In this document: positions 19,920 to 29,200 of the stretch, piece after piece
Numbering within the stretch: the stretch's first letter is position 1
How the letters are laid out: each line of letters opens with the position of its first letter
Source of the DNA: an uncultured bacterium
GTDB lineage: Bacteria; Acidobacteriota; Thermoanaerobaculia; Multivoradales; JAHZIX01
NCBI GenBank assembly: GCA_965368975.1
Contig: CBDUPA010000011.1
Coordinates: 1 to 64,000 of the forward strand
Length of the DNA stretch: 64,000 nucleotides
Reading direction: 5' to 3'
Made by a program: the position numbers and the translations under genes
Notes under the pieces: generated by a model
What the model saw: only the letters and a program-made list of their open reading frames with translations
Databases searched by the model: none
What the model was told of the DNA's origin: nothing

Positions 19920-20815
19920 GCACTGTCCTCGAGCGGCTGTGCCGGGGCCTGGGTCTGGCGGGCCAGGAAGGCGGCGTAGGCTTCTTCGAGCATGGTCTCG
20001 CGCGGCCTTGCCGCGGCCGGCCGTTCGACAGCGTGCACCACCTGCACGGTCTCGCCGTCCACCAGGCGCCGGGTGACGAGCGTTGCGTCCGCCGGCAACT
20101 CGGCGTCTGCCGCCAGCTGCCACAGCTGACCGTCGAAACGGCGCATCAGGGTACCGGGCTCGCCATCGAACAGGACGCGCCCGCGAGCAATGACGGCGAT
20201 GCGCGCACAGGTCGCTTCGATGTCTTCCACGATGTGGGTCGACAGCAGTACCGCCGTGTACTCGGCGACCTCGGTGATCAGATTGCGGAAGCGGATGCGT
20301 TCTTCTGGATCGAGCCCGGCGGTTGGCTCGTCGACCACCAGCAGGCGGGGGCGGTGGATCAGGGCCTGCGCAATTCCCAGCCGCCGCTTCATGCCGCCCG
20401 AGTAGCTACCCGCGCGGCGGCCGGCCGCGGTCTGCAGGTCGACGGCGTCGAGCAGCTGCTCCACGCGCTCCTCCAGCCGCCGAGGGCTGAGCGGCACGCG
20501 GCGTAGCTGTCCGCAGTGGCGCAGGTACTCGCGTCCGCTGAGCTGACCGATCGGCGCGAAATCCTGCGGTAGGTAGCCGATGCACTGTCGAATCTGCGGC
20601 CGGTCGCGTCGGCGGCCGGCATCGAGATCCTGGTACACGCGCTCGCCGGTGGTCGGTTCCAGCCGCAACACCAGGATCGACAACAGTGTCGTCTTGCCGG
20701 CTCCGTTGGGACCCAGCAGGCCGATCATTCCATCGCCGATCTCCAGATCGACGCCCCGCAGGGCAGGGGTGCCGTCCGGATAAACCTTCCGGATGTCGTT
20801 CAGTCGGATGTTCAT
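19916..20815 (-). CDS. ABC transporter ATP-binding protein
   Basis: GPNGAGKTT, YLPQ, YSGGM, VVDEPTAGLDP, STH. Confidence 0.95.
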   Translation of the reverse strand: MNIRLNDIRKVYPDGTPALRGVDLEIGDGMIGLLGPNGAGKTTLLSILVLRLEPTTGERVYQDLDAGRRRDRPQIRQCIGYLPQDFAPIGQLSGREYLRHCGQLRRVPLSPRRLEERVEQLLDAVDLQTAAGRRAGSYSGGMKRRLGIAQALIHRPRLLVVDEPTAGLDPEERIRFRNLITEVAEYTAVLLSTHIVEDIEATCARIAVIARGRVLFDGEPGTLMRRFDGQLWQLAADAELPADATLVTRRLVDGETVQVVHAVERPAAARPRETMLEEAYAAFLARQTQAPAQPLEDSA

Positions 20816-20955
20816 GAGTGCCGGTCCTGCTCGTGGAAGGGAAGCCTGATTGTATCTACGTACGTTCGGCTTCAGCGTTGTAGTCCACCTCTGTCGTCCT
20901 CTTCAGCGTGTACATGTCAAGAGTCTCGAGGGGCGTGGTCTACAATGTTGCCGTC

Positions 20956-21822
20956 ATGAAGCCCTTTCAGCATCCCGACCTGCCGGATCAGCGGCCGGAA
21001 GCCTCCGCCGCGCACTGGCGGGTGCGCTTGCATGAAGTGATCTTCGAGGCCGACACGCCGGCCGGCAAGGCCTTCGATGTCGCGCTCCTGATCGCGATTC
21101 TGCTGAGCGTCTTCGCGGTTCTGCTAGAGAGCGTAGCGGGAATTCGCTTGCACTACGGTCGCGAGCTGCGGCTGCTGGAGTGGGTGTTCACCATCCTGTT
21201 CACCCTAGAGTACTTGCTGCGCTTGCTCTGCGTCGGTCGTCCGGCCGCCTATGCCCGTAGCTTCTTCGGTGTCGTCGACCTGCTCGCTATCCTGCCCAGT
21301 TACCTGAGCCTGGTAGTAGCTGGTACGCAGTCGCTGATCGTCATCCGCGCCATCCGCCTGCTACGCGTCTTCCGTGTGCTCAAGCTGGCACATTTCGTCG
21401 GCGAGTCTCAGATGCTCGGCTCCGCTCTGCGCGCCAGCAGCCGCAAGATCATCGTCTTCTTGGGAACGGTGCTCACGTTGGTCGTCATCATTGGTTCGGT
21501 GATGTACCTGATCGAGGGTGAAGAGAACGGCTTCACGAGCATTCCGCAATCCATGTACTGGGCCATCGTCACCATGACCACCGTCGGCTATGGAGATATC
21601 GCTCCTGGCACGCTGGTGGGAAAGTTGCTGGCCTCGTTCGTGATGGTCATCGGCTACGGCATCATCGCTGTTCCGACCGGCATCGTCACGGTCGAGATGA
21701 GTCGGCGTCCGCAGCCCGTATCCACTCGCTGCTGCCGTCAGTGCGGGGTCGAGGGTCACGATGCCGACGCCAAGTTCTGCAAGGCCTGCGGCGAGTTGCT
21801 GGACCAGCCTCTGGTATCCTGA
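20956..21822 (+). CDS. voltage-gated-type potassium channel (ion transporter) with C-terminal zinc ribbon
   Basis: S4 segment RAIRLLRVFRVLK, filter TVGYGD, CRQC...CKAC. Confidence 0.93.
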   Translation: MKPFQHPDLPDQRPEASAAHWRVRLHEVIFEADTPAGKAFDVALLIAILLSVFAVLLESVAGIRLHYGRELRLLEWVFTILFTLEYLLRLLCVGRPAAYARSFFGVVDLLAILPSYLSLVVAGTQSLIVIRAIRLLRVFRVLKLAHFVGESQMLGSALRASSRKIIVFLGTVLTLVVIIGSVMYLIEGEENGFTSIPQSMYWAIVTMTTVGYGDIAPGTLVGKLLASFVMVIGYGIIAVPTGIVTVEMSRRPQPVSTRCCRQCGVEGHDADAKFCKACGELLDQPLVS

Positions 21823-21854
21823 ACGCAGTTGGATCGGAGGTCGAGTTCACCAAG

Positions 21855-22547
21855 ATGAAAGAGCAGTACTTAGGCATCGGCGTCTACTCGTTGTCCGACG
21901 CCCGACGGTTGACGCGCATTCCCGGCCAGCGTCTCAGTCGCTGGATCCGTGGGTACCACTACGACCTCGAGGGTCGCCAGCACGCACAACCACCCGTGAT
22001 CCAGGGCCAACTTCCCGAGATCGATGGCCGTATCGCGCTCGGCTTTCTGGATCTGATGGAAGCTCGATTCATCGATGCCTTTCGCGACTACGGCCTAAGC
22101 CTACAGGCGATTCGCCGAGCTGCGGAAGCCGCAAGAGGGTTGCTGCAGGCCCGGCACCCCTTCTCCCGGCACCGCTTCCGTACCGATGGCCAGAGCATCT
22201 TTGCGGAAATCGCCCAGGAGAACGACGAGCCCAAGCTACTCGATCTGGTGCACAACCAATACGCTCTCAAAGAAGTCTTGGAGGACTATCTCTATGAGGG
22301 CCTGGAGTTCGAAGAGGAAGTACCCATCCGGTGGCGACCGATGCCAGGCAACCGGCGCATTGTGTTGGACCCAGAACGCCAGTTTGGTCAACCCATCGTG
22401 GAGGAGGAGGGTGTCCCCACCGCGGTGTTGTCAGCGGCCTTCAAGGCCGAGCAGAACCTGGAACGCGTCGCCAGATGGTATGAAGTCGGAGCCGCTGCGG
22501 TACGGGCGGCTATCGATTTCGAATCGTTCTTGGAGCGGGCAGCGTGA
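21855..22547 (+). CDS. putative antitoxin (HTH + DUF433)
   Basis: GVYSLSDARRLT HTH; C-terminal IVLDPERQFGQPIV...VRAAIDFE; overlaps the PIN gene (GTGA). Confidence 0.8.
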   Translation: MKEQYLGIGVYSLSDARRLTRIPGQRLSRWIRGYHYDLEGRQHAQPPVIQGQLPEIDGRIALGFLDLMEARFIDAFRDYGLSLQAIRRAAEAARGLLQARHPFSRHRFRTDGQSIFAEIAQENDEPKLLDLVHNQYALKEVLEDYLYEGLEFEEEVPIRWRPMPGNRRIVLDPERQFGQPIVEEEGVPTAVLSAAFKAEQNLERVARWYEVGAAAVRAAIDFESFLERAA

Positions 22548-22942
22548 GGTTCTTTGTCGACAACAACCTTGCCCCAGCACTTGCGAGGGTATTGAATGCC
22601 TTGGCTGTCTACGAGGGCTATCAGGTCTTCCACCTCAAGGATAGATTCGATCGGGCGACGCCGGATGAGATCTGGCTCCGAAAACTCGGCACTTCCGGCG
22701 ATTGGGTCATCTTGTCCGGAGATCTCCGGATCACTCGCAATCCACACGAGAAGAGAATCTGGAGGCAGTCCGGCCTCACGGCCTTCTTCTTGGCCAAGGG
22801 CTGGATCAACGAGGGCTTCTATGAGCAAGCGTGGAAGCTTGTCAGATGGTGGCCACGGATTATCGAGCAGGTCAAGAACAACGAGCCAGGCATCGGCTTC
22901 GTCATTCCGCATCGCGCGACGGGACGATTCAAGCTGATCTGA
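22544..22942 (+). CDS. PIN-like toxin (VapC45/DUF5615-type)
   Basis: MRFFVDNNL...TPDEIW...WVILSGDLRI acidic PIN residues. Confidence 0.8.
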   Translation: MRFFVDNNLAPALARVLNALAVYEGYQVFHLKDRFDRATPDEIWLRKLGTSGDWVILSGDLRITRNPHEKRIWRQSGLTAFFLAKGWINEGFYEQAWKLVRWWPRIIEQVKNNEPGIGFVIPHRATGRFKLI

Positions 22943-22966
22943 GCCTTCCCACATTTCTCCGCGATC

Positions 22967-23704
22967 GTGTACTCTGTTTCGACCCCCTCGACGCCGCTTC
23001 CCGTGGTGATCACCCTGCCGTCGCACGCAGCGAGAAACAAGATGTTGGCCCAAAAAGCGTCCCCCGCGCCCCTGACTCAGGTTCCCAATTCACGCACGGC
23101 TGCCCAAGGACGACCCAAAGATCCAGGGCGCGCCAGCGATCTGGTGCTGATCGTCGAGACACTGGCCGAAGAGATCGGCCGGCTGCGCAAGAACCTGGCC
23201 GATCAGCAGCGGCAGCAGGCGCAGCAGCACAAGCGCCTGGAGCAGGGGATGGCCGAGGTGCGACACCAGCTGCGTGGGGATGCCGCGGACGATGCAGAGC
23301 CGCCGCGCAGCGAGATCACGCAGACGGTCACGGAAGCGCAGCTCGGTCCCAACCAACTGCGCGCGTTGCTGACCTTCGACCAGTCGCTGGCCCAACTCTT
23401 GACCCTGGCCGGGGACGACGACAGCGTGTCACCAGACACCGCCGTCGACGATGCTCCGATCTCGATCCGCGAGGGTCTCGACATGCTGCAGATCCGGGTG
23501 CGCAACCTGCAGCGCTCGATGGGGCTCGAACCCGTGCCGTCCATTGGACAGCCGTATGACCCCGAGGTCCACCGCATCGAACGCACCGAGCAGCGGCCGG
23601 ACATACCGGTGGGGCAGGTGCTGGCCGAGGTGCTGCCGGGCTATCGCTACCAGGGGGAGCTGGTGCGGCCAGCGCGGGTGGTGGTCAACGGCGAGGGCGA
23701 TTAG
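22967..23704 (+). CDS. GrpE-domain protein
   Basis: Coiled coil followed by GQPYDPEVH...EVLPGYRYQGELVRPARVVV; true start uncertain (may be 23042). Confidence 0.8.
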   Translation: MYSVSTPSTPLPVVITLPSHAARNKMLAQKASPAPLTQVPNSRTAAQGRPKDPGRASDLVLIVETLAEEIGRLRKNLADQQRQQAQQHKRLEQGMAEVRHQLRGDAADDAEPPRSEITQTVTEAQLGPNQLRALLTFDQSLAQLLTLAGDDDSVSPDTAVDDAPISIREGLDMLQIRVRNLQRSMGLEPVPSIGQPYDPEVHRIERTEQRPDIPVGQVLAEVLPGYRYQGELVRPARVVVNGEGD

Positions 23705-24540
23705 CTCTCAGGAGTGGCCTGGTCCAGGAACGCGAGTACCAACCGGTTGAAGACATCCGGCCGCTCAATATGGCCAGCATGTCCGGCGTTGCTCATGACC
23801 TCTAGCCGGCCGTGTGGGAACCGGCAGATCAGAGCTTCTTGCTGCGCAGGAGTCCAGTAGTCGTGATCGCCGCAGATCCCGAGAACGGGACCGGTGACGT
23901 GGCGCAAGTTCGCCGGCGGTTGCCAGCCCATCAGGGCGCGCACGCAGCGCAGATAACTCCACCGGTCGTTGCCCTGCCAGCGCTGCCGGAACTGGCGCCG
24001 CAGGTCGGCTTGCTCAGCGCCCGGAAACAGGCGTCGCGCGAGCACCCAGGCGACGGCGGGCATGCCGAGCACTGTAATCAGGAGGCGCCGCTGCAGGTAG
24101 ATGCGGCGGGTCCGGAAGTCGTGCAGCGTCAGGGTGGGCGGGCAACTGACCAGCACCAGCGAACGCACCAGGTCAGGACGCCGCGCCGCCAATTCGACCG
24201 TGACGATGGCCCCCATCGAGATCCCGAGCAGGTGTACACGCTCGAGATCTAGATGTCCCAAGAGTGCCTCGAGGTCGGCCACGAAATCGTCCAGGCGGTA
24301 GCGTCGCTTCGGACGCGGTGAGCGTCCATGGCCGCGCAGGTCGCAGGTGACGATGCGCAAGGGGCGCTTCGACGCGGCGGTGAAGGCGTCGAGTTGGTGT
24401 TGCCAGTCGCGGCAGCTCGACCCCAGGCCGTGGACGAGCAGCAGTGGTTCTCCGTCTTCGGCGCCATGGACCTCGTGGTAGAGCGGCACCGGATCTGCCG
24501 CTGGTGCTTGTGCCACAGGCGCTCGCGGAGGCCGTTTCAC
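23701..24540 (-). CDS. alpha/beta-fold hydrolase
   Basis: HGLG, DLRGHGRS, GISMG nucleophile elbow, GDHD and GH. Confidence 0.92.
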   Translation of the reverse strand: MKRPPRAPVAQAPAADPVPLYHEVHGAEDGEPLLLVHGLGSSCRDWQHQLDAFTAASKRPLRIVTCDLRGHGRSPRPKRRYRLDDFVADLEALLGHLDLERVHLLGISMGAIVTVELAARRPDLVRSLVLVSCPPTLTLHDFRTRRIYLQRRLLITVLGMPAVAWVLARRLFPGAEQADLRRQFRQRWQGNDRWSYLRCVRALMGWQPPANLRHVTGPVLGICGDHDYWTPAQQEALICRFPHGRLEVMSNAGHAGHIERPDVFNRLVLAFLDQATPES

Positions 24541-25073
24541 AGCTCCCGCACCAGCTCGTCGACGCTGGCCACGACGTGTACCAGCTTGCGCGCCGACGGT
24601 TTCGCGAAGCCGCGGTGGACAATGTGCTCGATCAGGCTGACCAGGGGTTGCCAGTAGCCCTCGACGTTGATCAAGTAGATCGGCTTGGCGTGCAGGCCGA
24701 TCTGCCGCCAGGTGAGCATCTCGAAGGTCTCTTCCAGCGTGCCGAGACCGCCGGGGAGCGACGCGAAGGCGTCGGACATCTCGTACATGCGGCGCTTGCG
24801 CTCGTGCATGTCGCGCACCATGATCAGCTCGGTGACCCCCTGGTGCGCCACCTCGCGATCATGCAGAAACTCGGGGATGATGCCGACCACCTCGCCGCCG
24901 GCTTCCAGCGTCGCGTCGGCCAGCAGGCCCATCATGCCGATGCGGCCGCCGCCGTAGATCAGGCGCACGCCGCGCCGCGCCAGGCTCGTACCGAGCCGCT
25001 GTGCCGCTTCCGGATAGACCGGCTGCTGCCCGGCGCTGGCGCCGCAATACACGCAAAGAGACTGAATGCCCAT
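24537..25073 (-). CDS. LOG-family (TIGR00730) phosphoribohydrolase
   Basis: YGGGRIGMMG, MHERK, PGGLGTLEE. Confidence 0.95.
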   Translation of the reverse strand: MGIQSLCVYCGASAGQQPVYPEAAQRLGTSLARRGVRLIYGGGRIGMMGLLADATLEAGGEVVGIIPEFLHDREVAHQGVTELIMVRDMHERKRRMYEMSDAFASLPGGLGTLEETFEMLTWRQIGLHAKPIYLINVEGYWQPLVSLIEHIVHRGFAKPSARKLVHVVASVDELVREL

Positions 25074-25137
25074 CGCTGCTCCCCAGGGTTACGCTAGACT
25101 CGGCGGACGAGTCTGGCCAGGAATCGAGATCGATCTC

Positions 25138-25201
25138 ATGAACCGAACTGCATCTCTATGAACCGAACTGCATCTCTATGAACCGGACGGCATTTCTATG
25201 A
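25138..25201 (+). repeat. 20-bp tandem repeat x3 forming chained 7-codon micro-ORFs upstream of srkA
   Basis: atgaaccgaactgcatctct at 25138 and 25158, variant at 25178; each TGA overlaps the next ATG. Confidence 0.9.
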
Positions 25202-26274
25202 GCCAGATCGGCGCCGCGCCGACCGACCTCTTTCTCTCCCTGACCCCCGAGAAGGTCCTGGAGGCGGTCGAGGCTGCTGGTCTGCAGTGCAACCCGGTCT
25301 GCTATCCGCTCAATTCCTTCGAGAACCGCGTCTACGAAGTCGAGTTGCAGGATCGCAGCCGGATCATCGCGAAATTCTACCGTCCCGGCCGTTGGAGCGA
25401 GCGGCAGATCCTGGAAGAGCATACCTTCCTGGCGGACCTCGAAGCCGACGAGATTCCGGTGTGCCCGGTGCGACCCTTTCCCGACGGCTCGACGCTGAAG
25501 CGTCAGGACGAGATCTTCTACAGCCTGGCCGAACGGCGCGGCGGCCGTGCGCCGGACGAAATGAGCGATGAGCTGGCCGTGCGCCTAGGACGCCTGGTCG
25601 CGCGTCTGCACAATGTGGCGGTGCGGCGACCGGTAGAACACCGCGTCCACCTCTGCGGCGACACCTACGTGCGCGACAACGTCGATTTCCTGGTGCAGCA
25701 CAGCGTACTTCCGAGTCACCTGCAGCGTCGCTATCTCGATGCCGCAGAGGACCTCGCCAGCCTGGCCGACGAGCTGATGACGGACGTGCCGATGCACCGA
25801 CTGCACGGCGATTTGCACCTCGGCAACTTGCTGGTCCGCGACGACCTGCTGCACGTGCTCGACTTCGACGATTCGGTGCAGGGACCGGCCGTGCAGGACG
25901 TCTGGCTGGCCTTTCCGGGACGCGATGCGGAGACCGTGCGCCAGCGCCAACTGTTCCTGGATGCCTACGAAGAGTTCCGTCTCTTCGACCACCAGACGCT
26001 GCGCCTGGTCGAAGTGCTGCGTGGCTTGCGCCTCGTGCACTACGCGACCTGGCTGGCGCGTCGCTGGCACGATCCCGTCTTCCCGGCTACCTGGCCGCAC
26101 TTCGGCACCGAGGACTACTGGCTGCGCGAAACCGAAGACCTCGAAGAGTGCCTGCGCTTGGTGCACGAGCAGGTCCCCGCCGCGGGAGCTGCCGCCGGCG
26201 TCGTCCAGCGCCGCGCCGAGACCGAGGAAGAGTTGACCAACAAGGACTACTTCTGGGATTGGGAAGGAGATTGA
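25198..26274 (+). CDS. srkA: stress response Ser/Thr kinase SrkA/RdoA
   Basis: LNSFENRVY, AKFYRPGRWS, LHGDLHLGN, DFDD, GPAVQD, WLARRWHDPVFP. Confidence 0.92.
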   Translation: MSQIGAAPTDLFLSLTPEKVLEAVEAAGLQCNPVCYPLNSFENRVYEVELQDRSRIIAKFYRPGRWSERQILEEHTFLADLEADEIPVCPVRPFPDGSTLKRQDEIFYSLAERRGGRAPDEMSDELAVRLGRLVARLHNVAVRRPVEHRVHLCGDTYVRDNVDFLVQHSVLPSHLQRRYLDAAEDLASLADELMTDVPMHRLHGDLHLGNLLVRDDLLHVLDFDDSVQGPAVQDVWLAFPGRDAETVRQRQLFLDAYEEFRLFDHQTLRLVEVLRGLRLVHYATWLARRWHDPVFPATWPHFGTEDYWLRETEDLEECLRLVHEQVPAAGAAAGVVQRRAETEEELTNKDYFWDWEGD

Positions 26275-26278
26275 CCCG

Positions 26279-29200
26279 ATGCAGGAGCTACGCTCTTTTC
26301 TGATCGACTGGCTGGCCGACACGCTCGAGGTCGCCGCTGCCGACATCGACCCGGAGCAGCCCTTCCAGCGTCAAGGACTGGACTCGTTGCAGGCGACACG
26401 CATGGTCGAGGTGCTGGCCGAGCGTCTGGGGCGTGACATCTCACCGGTGGTGGTCTGGGGGCACCCGACGGTCGCGGCACTCAGTCGTCACCTGGCCGGG
26501 ATCGCCGCGGCACCGGCCGCCGCTGTGACGGCCGACCCGTGGGCGCCGTCTGCCGCGGCCGGTGATGCCGGTGGTGCCGGCGGTACGCGTCCCGACCCGA
26601 TCGCCATCGTCGGCATGGCGTGCAGGATGCCGGGCGGCGCAGCCAACCTCGACGCCTTCTGGCAGCTGCTGTGCGACGGCGTCGACGCCGTGCGCAAGGT
26701 ACCGGCGGATCGCTGGGACGCCGACGCCGTCTACCACCCCGACCCCTTGCACCACGGTGGCGTCAACACGCGCGAGGGCGGCTTCCTCGATCGCATCGAC
26801 CTGTTCGATCCGCTGTTCTTCGGCATCTCGCCACGCGAGGCCGAGCAGATGGACCCGCAGCAGCGGCTGCTGCTGGAAGTGGTGTGGGAGGCCCTGGAGG
26901 ACGCCGGCCAGCCGGCGCCGGAGCTGGCCGGCAGCAAGACGGGCGTGTTCATCGGCGGCTCCTGGCAGGAGTACGCGCTCGAGCACCGGCGCCTGAACGC
27001 GGAGTACACCTCGCACACTGGCGTCGGCCAGTCGCTCAACATCATGGCCAACCGCATCTCCTACCTGTTCGGCCTGCAGGGTCCCAGCCTGGTGGTCGAC
27101 ACCGCCTGCTCGTCGTCCCTGGTGTCCGTGCACCTGGCCTGCCAGAGCCTGCGCGACGGAGAGGCCGAGATGGCGCTGGCGGGCGGCGTCAACCTGATTC
27201 TCTCGCTGCACTCGGCGCGCTTGCTGACCAAGTTCGGTGGTCTCTCTGGCGACGGCCGCTGCAAGTCTTTCGACCATCGCGCTGACGGCTTCGGACGCGG
27301 CGAAGGCGCCGGCATGGTGCTGCTCAAGCCGCTGTCGCGCGCGCTCGAGGACGGCGACCGCATCTACTGCTTGATCCGCGGCAGCGCGACCAACAACGAC
27401 GGCCCCAGCAACGGGCTCACGGCGCCGAATCCGGAAGCCCAGATCGAAGTCTTGCGAGCGGCTTACCGGCGAGCCGGCGTCGATCCGTCGAGCGTCGGCT
27501 ACGTCGAGACGCACGGCACCGGCACGTCCCTGGGCGATCCGATCGAAGCCCAAGCGCTGTCCACCGTGCTGTGTGCCGAGCGTGAGCCCGAGCGCCCGCT
27601 ACGCTTGGGCGCGGTCAAGAGCAACCTGGGTCACCTGGAGACCGCCGCCGGCATCGCCGGCCTGATCAAGGCGGCCCTGGTGGTGCACCATCGCGCCATG
27701 CCGGGCAACCTGCACTTCCAACGGCCGAATCCGCACATTCCGTTCGACGACTGGAAGCTGCGCGTGCAGACGTCGCTCGAACCGTGGCCGACGCCAGACT
27801 TGGCCCGCGTTGGGGTCAGCTCCTTTGGCTGGGGCGGTAGCAACTGCCACATGGTGCTCGACGAAGTCCCTTCCAGTCGTACCTGCCTGCTGGCGCTGGC
27901 GGCCTCTGGTCCGGCCGACTTGCGGCGCCAAGCGCAGAACTGGCGCGACTTCCTGGACACCCCGGCGAGCCATGGCTCGTTGCCGCAGCTGTGCCGGGCG
28001 GCCGGTGAGAAGACACCGGCAAGCGGCGAGCGCTTGGCCATCGTGGGCTCGACACGCGCTGAGTTGCAAACTCAACTCGATGCCTGGCTCCAGGCCGAGA
28101 CGCCGGCTCCAGTGCTGTCCAGGTCGGACGGAACGGGCCTGGTATTCGTCCTGTCGCCTGGCGGTTCCGCCTTCGGCGGCCTGGGTGATCAGCTGCTGCG
28201 TGAGGAGCCGGTGTTCCGCGCTACCTTCCGGCGCTGCGCCCGCATCTACCAGGAGATCAGCGGCGGTCGCGACCTGCTGCGCACCATGACTACCACCCCG
28301 GACGACGAACGCTGGGACAGCGCCTCGTTCGCCGGTCCAATTCTCACCTGCTTCCAGATCTCGCTCATCGAGTTGTGGCGTAGCTGGGGCGTCGAACCGG
28401 ATGCCCTCATCGGCCACAGCATCGGCGAAATCGCTGCCGCCCACGCTGCCGGTGCTCTCGATCTGCGCCAGGCGATGACCGTGCTCTACGCCTACCAGGT
28501 CTCGCTCCACGCCTGCGCGCCGGGGACCATGAGCGTCGTGCAACTGGCAGCGGCCCAGCTGGAACCGATGCTCGAAGGGCGCGAGGTGTGGCTCAGTGGC
28601 GAGCTGAGCCCGAACTCCTGCGTCGTCAGCGGACCGGATGGGCCGTTGGCGGCATTCCTCGCCGAGTTGCCGACCGAGGTGTTCCGCGCCCGCGTCAAGG
28701 TCAACGTCCTGGTGCACACGCCGCCGATGCGCGACGCCCTGGACACAGCCCGCGAGGTGCTGCAGGGTCTGCAACCGCGCCGTGCCCGCATTCCGCTGTA
28801 CTCGACCTACCGCAGCGACGTGCTCAAGGGCAGTGAGCTGACCGCTGAGCACTGGTTGGGCCAGCTCGGCTCGCCGCCACGCCTGGCACCCATTCTGGCC
28901 AAGTTGCTGCACGAGGGCTACCGCACCTGGCTGCAGATCGACCCGCATCCGGTGCTGGGTCCGGTCCTGCGGCAGAACTTCGCCGCCGCTGGTATCACCG
29001 ACGCACGAGCCCTGGTGTCCATGCGCCGCGGCGATGACGTGCGCACTACGATGCTCGAGTCGCTGGCACGGCTCTACGAGGCCGGCCTGGCGCACCCTCA
29101 CTGGCAGCGCATCTTCCCGGCCGCCGCGGGCGGCGTCTTGCCGTCGTTGCTGGTCGCAAGCCAGCCGGATGCGGCCAGAGGGCAAGCTCGAACCGAGCTG

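Noticed and set aside
19920-20123. ORF-track N-terminal extensions (for example 20123, 16564, 4542, 51588, 21741, 1270)
   Set aside because: They overlap upstream genes; coupled or RBS-supported downstream starts fit better.
25138-25201. 20-bp repeats as a CRISPR array
   Set aside because: Direct tandem copies with no spacers and no cas genes.
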